Assembly (NCBI GenBank): GCA_948852945.1
Contig: CAQPBJ010000007.1
Coordinates: 6,590-70,589, forward strand
DNA from: an uncultured Clostridia bacterium
GTDB lineage: Bacteria; Bacillota; Clostridia; TANB77; CAG-508
Direction of reading: 5' to 3'
Length of the DNA: 64,000 bases
Numbering within the stretch: the stretch's first letter is position 1; every line of letters begins with the position of its first letter. Of this stretch, positions 10,037-19,760 are shown piece after piece. The notes beneath the pieces are model-generated. The model was not told where the DNA came from. It saw only the letters and a program-made list of their open reading frames with translations, and made no database searches. Made by a program: the position numbers and the translations under genes.

Positions 10037-11079
10037 GAGTTTAAAAATATTAAGGGAGAAGTTTATTTGTAAAAGTCTTTATTTTTAAAAATTAGTAAAG
10101 ATGGACGGAATAATGAGAAAATTAAGATGATTTTAATTTTTAGTAAGATATAGTAGTAAATTAAACATAAGCTAAAAATAAAAAAGTTATGATATGTAAT
10201 AGCTATATTGTCTATTAAGCAACATGAAAAGTAGAGTAAAAAGAAAGCTATTATAATAGATATTAGAGAAAGAAAAGAGCTAAAAAATGAATATAAAATT
10301 TGAAAATGTATTAAAGAATAATTTGATATAAAAAGTTATTGAATTTAAAATATTGAAAAATTTATTAAATATAAAAAATATTGAAAAAAATATAGAAAAA
10401 TATTAAAGCAAATAAAAAAATATTGAAGTAAAAATAAAAAATATTAAAATAAAAAACGATAAAAAAAATAAATATAAAAAATAAATTTAATTTATAGGAA
10501 TATAATTATAAAAATTTTCTATAGATGAATAATATTATAAAAATATTTTTTAAAGAAATATCTATGAAGATAAAAAACTAAAAATAAATCTAGATAAAAT
10601 GAAAAAATTTTTTGAATAAGAAAAAGATTTGTTATTATTTATAAAAATTTAAAAATAAAATGAAGAAAAAACTTGTTTAGAAAATTTTAAGTAAAAATAA
10701 ATATCGGTAATACTTATTATTTATTTTTATTTTTTATTAATATTATAAAATGAAAATAAATGGATAAAAAATATATTCAAAAATATTAAAAAAATATAAT
10801 AATGGAATATAATATTACAAGTTTTCAATTATTATTTTAGAATATGAAAGTATTTTAAAATTAAAACTAACCATGAAAAAAGATGTATAAGGAGTTAATA
10901 AATTTGCAGTTTAATGTAAACATTTTTTTTCATTAAAAATGAGCGGTAATCGATAGAGAATTTTTTAAATTGCGATAGTATTCGTATTTTTTTTTATTTT
11001 ATAAATATATTTTTAGCAAAAATAGTAAAAATGTTCACTAAGTATACATAATACAGTATAATATAAAACTTTAAAAATG

Positions 11080-11189
11080 TTGATATAAAAGGATAGTATG
11101 CAATGCAAATACTTTATAAACAAAAAAGTATTGTCAAAAAAGAAGTATAGAGATATTTAAAAATATTTATTTGTGATAGACAAAAAAAT
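11080..11189 (+). promoter_or_regulatory. array module P2
   Basis: TTGATA 11080-11085. Exact 15-mer 11131-11145, with 17 bp to TATTTA at 11154-11159. AGACAAAAAAA at 11178. Confidence 0.6.
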
Positions 11190-12087
11190 GATATAAATAA
11201 TAACAATTATGATAAAAAAGTAAGTAAGTAATGAAAATGAGTTAACATAAAAGACAAAAAGATGGTAAGGAGCACCTATGATTTTAAAGTATAAAATTTG
11301 TAAGTTGTAATATAAAAAACAATGGAATAATACATAAAAAAGTAGTTTTTTTAAAATAAATTAAAATATTTATTTTTTATTATTAAATATAAAATAAAAG
11401 TAAATAAATTCTAAAAAATATTAAAAATTATTTATATTTTTTAGAAAGGAATGAATAAATAATTTTAAAAATAAGAAAATATAAAAAAATATTATTGTTT
11501 ATTTTAAATAATATTGAAAAAATATTTGAATAGAATCAAATATTTATTAAAAATAGTAGAGTAATTAATTTTTTCGGTAGATTAAAATTAATTATTTATT
11601 GTATAATCATTTTTATTATTTTATCGATTTATTAATATTAACTTTTTTAAAGAAAATTAATAGAAATTTTTTAGGAAGTTGATTGCTAACTTTATAATTA
11701 TCTAAATTAATTATAATTTAGATTTTATTTTCTAATTAATATTAAAAAAATAAAATAAGATCTAAAAAAATAAAGATAAATATTTAAAAAATAAAATTAA
11801 TTATTCAAAAATAAATTAAAAAATTAAGAATACTATTATGGAAATTATAATTATCATCAGGAAATTTATAAAGATAAAGATGAAGTTTAGGCAGCTTATT
11901 ATTACTAATATTTTATAAAAAAGAGAAAAGATCGGAAGATGTTTTTTTATAAAAGTAATGTTTTTAAATTTGAGTTGAAATTTGAATATTATCATTTTTT
12001 ATAAATTATATATCTATTATAGGTAAGTTTTTTTATGTTAACAACATAAAAAATACTGGTATTTTATTATATTATAGCTTAAATATC

Positions 12088-12194
12088 TTGATATAAGCTA
12101 AGTATATCTGATACATTAAAATAAAAAGTAACGGTATTTGTCAAAAAAGAAGGTTGCAAATATAGTGAAAAAATTTAAAAATGAGACAAAAAAA
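12088..12194 (+). promoter_or_regulatory. array module P3
   Basis: TTGATA 12088-12093. Exact 15-mer 12138-12152, with 17 bp to TATAGT at 12161-12166. AGACAAAAAAA at 12184. Confidence 0.6.
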
Positions 12195-12889
12195 GGCTAG
12201 CTTTTGTATAAAATTTTAAGTAAAGATGTTAAGCTAGTTACTTATTAGACAAAGTATGAAGGAAGAGATACGTAGAGATTATATGAATTTTTAAGATACA
12301 AATTGTATAAATAAATAGCAAAGTTTTTATTATATTACTATTAAAACTATACATGAAAAAATATACAAAAAAAGAATTTAAACATTAAAATAATATCAAA
12401 TAATTATTAAAAAATAAAATGAAAATTAGTTATAAATTTTATAATTTATATAAAAAGATGTATAAATAAAATAATTATATAAAAATAAGTAAAAAAGATT
12501 AGAACAAAATATGTATTTATTGTTATTTAAATTCTTTTTTTATTTCGAATATTTAAAATAATAAAAAATACTAATTAATTTATTAGAAATAATAAAAAAA
12601 TCTTAGAAAATTAATAATAACAAACTATTGAATAGTAATGTTTTTTATAGTATGAACTAGTGAAGAAAGATATGACAAATTAGCATAAAACAAATGATGT
12701 TTGTATAGTTTGATACACAGTTTATGACATTTAAATTTGTGATTTTTCTAGTGGATAAATTATGGAAAAATGTGAAGAAATTTAGTAAATTTAATTTTTT
12801 TGAGGTTTATTCTAATAAAAAAACATAATTATGTTAACTATCGAAAAATATTTCCTTCTTTAAAAGTAGGATACTAATTGATGTAATAC

Positions 12890-12999
12890 TTGATAATAGA
12901 GAATTATACATAATATTTAGGTATGAGGTTTTAAAAAACTTTGTCAAAAAAGAAGATTTAAAATATTAAGTAATTATTTTAGGTAGAAGACAAAAAAAC
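12890..12999 (+). promoter_or_regulatory. array module P4
   Basis: TTGATA 12890-12895. Exact 15-mer 12941-12955, with 17 bp to TATTAA at 12964-12969. AGACAAAAAAA at 12988. Confidence 0.6.
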
Positions 13000-13210
13000 A
13001 GGGATTATTAGCATATTTTGTTATTAAAAAATGAAAAAATTAATTTTTAGCTGGCTACAAGACAAAGCCTTAAATGGCTTATTTACGGTTTTTTATAAAA
13101 AAGACATATGATATCATAGCCAAATTATGTATAGAAAAATATATTTCTATACTAAAACTTAGAGATAAATAATGTTTTTTGCATTTAATTATAATGCATT
13201 AAAAAAATAA

Positions 13211-13390
13211 GAAAATTATTAAAAAAATTGGAGATATATAATCATATATTTTTATTTTTTTTGAAAATTAATGAGAAAATCAGAGATATATAATCATATA
13301 TTTCTATTTTTTGAAAATTAATTAGAAAATTAGAGATATATAAATTATATATTTCTATTTTTTTGAAAATTAATTAAAAAATAGAAATAA
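13211..13390. repeat. tandem repeat, ~51 bp x ~3.5, each copy with an imperfect dyad
   Basis: GAAAATTAAT(G/T)AGAAAAT(C/T)AGAGATATATAAT(C/T)ATATATTT(C/T)TATTTTTT repeats head to tail. The internal dyad is AGA(G/A)ATATAT-N4-ATATAT(T/C)TCT. Confidence 0.8.
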
Positions 13391-13864
13391 AAACATATAA
13401 AAATTTATAGTATTTATGAATTTAATTTTTGTATTTCATTAAAAAGTGTAGAATGTTTTATAGAGAATATATAATTTTATGAAATTTAAGTTTATATTAA
13501 TTGGCTGATTAAAAAATTATATATATATAAATATTGAAAGTTGTGTTCAGGTAAAAAAATTTATCTGGATTTTTTTATTATTTAATTATTTTTTTTGATT
13601 TTTTTTATTATTTATTATTTTTTTTTGAATTAATTAATATTTTTTAAATTAATAATAATTTTATTATTAAATCTCAGAAAAAATTATAAAAAATAAATTT
13701 TAAAAAACTGTGGATTGTAACATAAAAAAAATTAAAAAATGTACAAATATTTTATACACAAAACAAATGTTTATAGTGTTTAAAAATAAAATTTAAAAGT
13801 TTGATTTTTAGGATTAAACTGATAAGATTTTTTATAAAAAGTGTTTGAAAAAATGAAAAATTTA

Positions 13865-13985
13865 CTTCTTTTTTTGTCAAAGATATATTTTATTTCGAAT
13901 AAATGAAAAACTACTTTTTAGACAAATAAAAAAATATGTTAAAAATTATTAAATTTTTATTCAGTTGCTATATAGTACTATTTCC
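13865..13985 (-). promoter_or_regulatory. array module M1 (minus strand)
   Basis: Read on the minus strand: GGGAAATA (rc of 13979-13985), 60 bp, TTGTCTAAAAAGTAG (rc of 13911-13925), 45 bp, GACAAAAAAAGAAG (rc of 13865-13878). Confidence 0.5.
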
Positions 13986-14579
13986 CAAGGTTTTCACGAG
14001 TTTGTGTGCAATTTCATATTCTTTTTTTACTATTTTTTGTCTTTTAAAATTTCTTTTTTTGATTTAAGAAAGATAAAAAATTAAAAATGAAAATTAAAAA
14101 AAAGTTGAATAATAAGATTTTGATTATAAATTGTAAAATGAATATTTATTATAAAAACAAAAAAACAGAAAAAGTTGTTAAAAATTTGATTATTATGTAT
14201 TTGAAATTAGGTTACATAAAAAACTTTATATGCTAAAAGATAATAAGAAATTTAAAAAAATTTTTGTAACAATTAATGAAAAATAAATATGAAAAAAATA
14301 AAATTTATTGTTTTTTGCCTTTTTGAATTTTTTTTATTTTTTTATTATTTTTTAATAATTTTAATTAATTATTTTTTGTAATATTCTTGTTTTATTCGAA
14401 TTAATTTATAATATTAAATATATTATATATATTATATTGATAAAAATTAAATAGAGAAATTTAATCGAAAAAATTCTATTTTAATTTTTCTTTTAAGATT
14501 CGTTAATTTTTTTATTGTCTTATATTAGGATAATTTTTTTATAAATTTGCCTCATAAAGATTAAAGAATAGTACATTAT

Positions 14580-14691
14580 TGTCAAAACGTTTACTATTTT
14601 TTTTATAAGTTTTTTATTTTATATTTTAGCAAACATTTTTGAAAGTAAGTTTTAAAAATATAGAATAATATTTGCTGTTCCTTGTATTTCC
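14580..14691 (-). promoter_or_regulatory. array module M2
   Basis: Minus strand: GGAAATA (14685-14691), 59 bp, TTGCTA (14627-14632), 47 bp, GACAA (14580-14583). Confidence 0.45.
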
Positions 14692-15404
14692 TAGACTTTA
14701 AGGAAATGAGAATTTTATGAATGGTAAAAAATAATTTAAAATTTAAGTAAAAAAATATAGAAAATATTTAAAAAATAATTTTGAAATTGATAGTGTTAAA
14801 AAATAAAAAAATTTATCAGTTAAATAAAAAAATTTTTATTTTAGAAGAAATTTTAAAAAATAAAAATTTTAAAAAATAAAATATCTAGTTAATATAAATT
14901 AAATATGAATTAAATATGAAGACTTAATATATTCTATTATAATAATATAAGATTAAGGTGATATTTTTTATATTTAAATCATTAAATAGGGTGTGTAATA
15001 TTAAAAATATTTAGTAAAAAGCCTTTTTTTGACTTCATAGCTAAAAAGCTTATTTACAGACTTTAAAAAATAATTATTGATAAATTTATTTCCTAGTTGT
15101 AGAGGTAGTTTGAAAGAGTTACATTTAGATATATTATGAATGAGTTTTTATTAAATAAAAAAATATGATGAAAAGTATAATAATTCTTAAAAAATAAAAA
15201 ATATTTATTTTGATTTATTATTATTTTTTAAGATTATTTTTTGGAAAAAAAGTTGTAATACAAAAAAATACTGAAATATTTAAAGAATATTAAAAAAATA
15301 TAGAAAAATAAAAATTTTTTTATTTAAGTATTATATTGTGTTTTAGTATGAATTATATGTTGTCTAAACTAAAAAAAGTTCAAGAATTTAGTAAATTAGT
15401 TAAA

Positions 15405-15524
15405 TAGAATAATTGTCTTTGATAAATTAAATTTTAATATATTTGAATGGTTCTTTTTTGACAAATAAATTTTTAAAAAATAGTACTATATTAAATATGT
15501 AAGAATGAATTTTTAAGCATTTCC
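15405..15524 (-). promoter_or_regulatory. array module M3 (best minus-strand promoter-like copy)
   Basis: Minus strand: GGAAATG (15518-15524), 60 bp, TTGTCAAAAAAGAAC (15450-15464), 17 bp, TATATT (15436-15441). AGACAA is 45 bp downstream (15414-15417). Confidence 0.55.
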
Positions 15525-16099
15525 GCATAGTTCAAAGTTTTTAAAATTAAAAAATATATTAAATTAAATAAGTTTTTATTTTTAAATTTATATTTATAAT
15601 AACTATATTTATTATAAAAGAAAGATAAAAAAATAATAAATTTTTATTATTTAAATGAATTTAAATTTGAATAGAGGGGATAGAATTTTAAAATATTAAA
15701 TATAAATTTTAAATTAATGATTAAACAATAACTTTTAATTTTAAATATTTTTTTATTTGACAATATAAAATTTTTATCACTTTTTATAAAATTTGTTAAT
15801 TATACTATTTGAAGTGTAATATTTTTTATTAAAATAGAGTAGTTTTACCAAAAAAAAGAGTATTTTGATGCTAGTTTACAGCTATAAATAGAAAAAAATA
15901 AGAAATATTAATTTTTAATGATTTATGAATGTAATATATAAAGATTTTGTATTTAATATTAATAAATAGATATTAAAAAGGTAGAAAGGTAATTATATAA
16001 ATTAATAAAAAATTTTTGCAATTAAGATTTTTTATTTTGTCTTATTTTAATTTTATAAGAAAGATTTTTGATTTTATTGAGTAAATTTTTATAAAGTTT

Positions 16100-16211
16100 T
16101 GACTTTAAAATAAGTATTAAAAATGTTTTTTTATATATTTTCTTTTTTACAAAGATTTTTTTTAGATAGAATTAATATAAAGATATGATACGAGCTAATA
16201 TGCTTTATTCC
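16100..16211 (-). promoter_or_regulatory. array module M4
   Basis: Minus strand: GGAATAA (16205-16211), 59 bp, TTGTAAAAAAGAAAATATATAAAAA (from 16152 downward), 47 bp, GTCAAAA (16100-16103). Confidence 0.45.
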
Positions 16212-17496
16212 TATGTTTTTTAGATTTACTTATGAAAAATAAAATGGATAATTTACAATTTTGGTCATAAAATTTTTATAAAAAAATGTGAATTTTATAA
16301 AATTAAAAATTTATATTATATTATTGAATTTATTATTTAGGTTAAAAAAATTTTTTGAAATTAGTATTGGTTTGAAAATTTTAAAAAAGTTATTGATTAA
16401 AAAGAAAAAAGTTTTTATTTAAAGACTAATATTTTAAAAAATGAATAAATGGATACTGAGATATCTAACAGATTAATATATTAATTTTTTTTGTAATTTG
16501 ATATCTTAAAAATTGAATAAAAATTGTATGTGAAATTTTATGACTATTAATTTTTAAAAATATATTTTTTCTGTAAGCCTTGAAAGGAGCAGTTTTTAAT
16601 TTTTGACGTTTTTTTATTTGATAATTTGTATACATAAAATATTAGGGATTATTTTTTAATATTTATTTATATATTTTTTTAGAAGGAAAAATAGGTATTA
16701 CTTTTGTAATTTAATATATTTTTTTATAATAATTAAGGTATTATGTGATTGTATTTTTTTAAGATTATATATTATATAAGTGATAATTTATGAAAATTAC
16801 TTTGTCATTAAATAATTTATTTTATTATTATTTTTACTTATTGGTTAAATATTAGATAGTAATTAGTGATAAAAGATATGTTTTCTGTCATATTGTATAA
16901 AAAGTTAATGCTGGAAGTCCTTGATTTATAAGGAACGTATCAATTACAACAAAAAATGTGATAAATAAACTAAAATATTTTAACATATTTTCAATTATTT
17001 TATATTTATTATAATATTTGAATTAGCATTTTATTATTATATATATTATTTTTAAATATTTATTTATTAAAAAATATAATAATAGAGATAAAATATATAA
17101 AGAGAGGATAGCAAAATTGAATGTTAGAAAGTGTAATAAAAGGACTTAATATATATTAATAATATTTTATAGACTTATTTTTAATATAAATATAGCAGTT
17201 AATGAACTACTTGATACTCTAAGGATATAAATTTTTACTTAATTAATTTTAAAAATATATGTAATAAAAAGAATTTAATTAATTTATTAATGATTTTTTT
17301 TAAGAATATCTGTTTGTATATTTTTATATTTAAATTGTAATGTAAATGCTTTTTATTATTAATGATTCTTATTGATATAATAGAAGTCTATTTTTTATTA
17401 ATCATAAACTTAAAATATACTATATTTTATTTTGTCATAGTTTTAATTTTATGCATATATAAATGAAAATATCAAAAAAAATCTTAATTTTCTAAT

Positions 17497-17607
17497 TGTC
17501 ATTTAAAAATAGATTTTTTTGAAGTAATGAAAATACTTTTTTGGCAAAGAAATTCAAAAAGAAGATATAAAAATTAAATATGTAATTTCTATATACTATG
17601 TATTTCC
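17497..17607 (-). promoter_or_regulatory. array module M5
   Basis: Minus strand: TCGATACAACTTAGGAAATA (17601-17620), 60 bp, TTGCCAAAAAAGTAT (from 17547), 45 bp, GACAA (17497-17500). Confidence 0.5.
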
Positions 17608-18181
17608 TAAGTTGTATCGATTTTTATTTTTTAAAAAAATATTTAAATTTAATATTTTAATATTTTTATTTTTGGGTTTTTATGTACTCTAAGTGATGTA
17701 TTTTGATATCGAAATTAATGAAATCTTTCTTTTAGAGTCAAAATTTTTTTTAAGAAAAGTACCTTAAAACTAAAAGACTAAAAAATTGTGTAAAGTTTTT
17801 AATTTTGTTATAACTTTTTTTGCTTATTAAGAAAAGTTATTATTTTTACCGTATATTATTATAAAAATAGAACAGACGTGGAAAGCAGAGAATAGACTGT
17901 AATATATAAGGGGTTTTTTTGATCTTTTATATTTTTTAATATTTTTTAAAATTAAAATTAATTTTTTTAATTTATTTAAATACAAAAAAATTAAAAAAGT
18001 GGGAAATTATTTGTAATAATTGAGTTTTTTAGGTATAAAAGAAGTGATAGTTTTTATTGATTAAAAAAATAAAATCTTATAAGAGTAGATTAATAATATA
18101 AATATTTTTTAAAAGTATTGTCAATGATTATTTTTTTTAGAGAAAAAAATTATTTCTTAAAAGAAATAATTTTAAGTATTT

Positions 18182-18293
18182 TGTCAAATTATTATTCATT
18201 ATTTATATATTTTTATATATTTTCTTTTTTACAATTAATTTTTTATAGAGTATTTAGAAAAATATATTAATATCTTGTAATTCCTTTATATCC
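18182..18293 (-). promoter_or_regulatory. array module M6
   Basis: Minus strand: GGATATA (18287-18293), 59 bp, TTGTAAAAAAGAAAATATATAAAAA (from 18234, same subfamily as M4), 47 bp, GACAA (18182-18185). Confidence 0.45.
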
Positions 18294-18927
18294 TATGTTT
18301 TGTTGATTTAAATTAAAATAGAAATCATAAAAAAATATCAAATTTAGAACAAAAAATTCTATTTATTTAGTAGTGAGATAAATTAAGATAAAAATTATTT
18401 TTTTTATAAAAATTTGAATCTTGAGACTTAAAAATATATTTTTTTATGTTTTTAAAGATGATATTTATGAAAAAAATTTAAAGTTGCTAAAAAAGAAGAG
18501 TATAAATAAATAAATTCTTAAATATTAAAGTTAGAAGTATAAAAATAATAGTTATTTTATTGAGGTAATATTGTGTCAAATAAAATTAAGATTATTTTAA
18601 AAAATAATTTGAAAGCAATGTGCTTGAAATGCATGATACTGTAAGAGTTTGATTTTTCTACTATTTTATTTGAAATAAATTTATATTTTTTAATATTTAT
18701 TTTAAAAACAGATGTTTTGAAAGAATGATTAAAAATTATTAATATTTTGTAAAGAGTTATTTTGAAGTTTTATGGTCGAATTTATACTAGTAAGTGAATT
18801 ATTATTATAAATTTACTAATAAGATAAATAATTATTAAAAATTAAAAAATTAATGTTTTTAGATTGTCTTTTATAATTAAGGTTTTAATTATAATTGAAA
18901 ATATTTAAAAAGCTTAATTTTACAAGT

Positions 18928-19038
18928 TGTCTTTTTTTGGAGCATTTTTTTAAAGAACAATTATTACTTTTTTGCCAAATAAATATTTTAAGTCTAATAT
19001 ATGCAGATATATTAGATTTACTAAAAATCAGTATTTCC
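18928..19038 (-). promoter_or_regulatory. array module M7
   Basis: Minus strand: GGGAAATA (19032-19038), 60 bp, TTGGCAAAAAAGTAA (from 18978), 45 bp, AGACAA (18928-18931). Confidence 0.5.
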
Positions 19039-19633
19039 CTTGGTTTTAGAGAATTGTTTTTTTAAAATATTATTAATATTTTGATTATTTTAAATTTTTT
19101 TATTTGGATATTGATTTTGATAGAAAATACTTTTTATATTAGATTTTTTTATTATAATAGTGTAGAGGCAATTTAATATACGATATAAATATTTTAGAAA
19201 ACATATTGACTAAAAAAAATATAAAAATTTTAATAGGAATAAAAAAATTATTTGACAATTTTTAAAATAATTTAAATTGGCTTTATGTTGCTTTGAATTG
19301 ATGAATTTAGAATAAAAATTTTAATTTTTGGTGATTATTTTTATAAGGGCTTTATTATATGTAATATAATATGTTAGAAATGATTTTTTCTGATTTTTTT
19401 TAATTTTTAATTAATTTAATTAATTAAATTATATTTTTTATATATTTATTTTAATTTTTTTTATTAAATAATTAGATAAATTCATGTAATAATATATTTT
19501 TGCTTTTTAATGTATATATTCTTTTGAATAGATGATCTAAAAATAAATTATTAATTTGAGAAATTATTTTTGTCAGTATTTAATTTAGTATAAAAAAATT
19601 TTGACCGTTTATTTTGAGTTTTAAACGGTTTTT

Positions 19634-19760
19634 TGTCATTAGGTTGAGTAGTTTTATTATTAATTTTTTTTTTGGAATTTTTGCAACTAATTTTAAAAAT
19701 GAAAAAAGTGGTTAATAAATAAAACGGGATTTCACTGGTGTTTCCCATGTTATATCGATT
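19634..19760 (-). promoter_or_regulatory. array module M8
   Basis: Minus strand: TCGATATAACATGGGAAACA (19739-19760), 59 bp, TTGCAA (19681-19686), 47 bp, GACAAAAAA (19634-19637). Confidence 0.4.

Noticed and set aside
10035-12230. Short ORFs just downstream of the promoter-like boxes: 17 aa MSLKILREKFICKSLYF in P1, 12 aa MRQKKASFCIKF in P3, and 10 aa MILKYKICKL in P2
   Set aside because: Neither their presence, position, frame nor sequence is conserved between modules. P2 has only M-I-stop at the equivalent site and P4 has no ATG. The array is therefore not a conserved small-peptide gene family.
13211-13390. A CRISPR array
   Set aside because: The units are directly abutting ~51-bp repeats without unique spacers. 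There are only about 3.5 copies, and no cas genes lie in the window.
19551-19748. The only ORF of 60 aa or more (65 aa, minus strand) inside the 11-kb block
   Set aside because: It has low-complexity K/N/F/T-rich composition and no RBS. It spans the boxes of module M8. The other modules have no equivalent ORF, so it is most likely a chance open frame.
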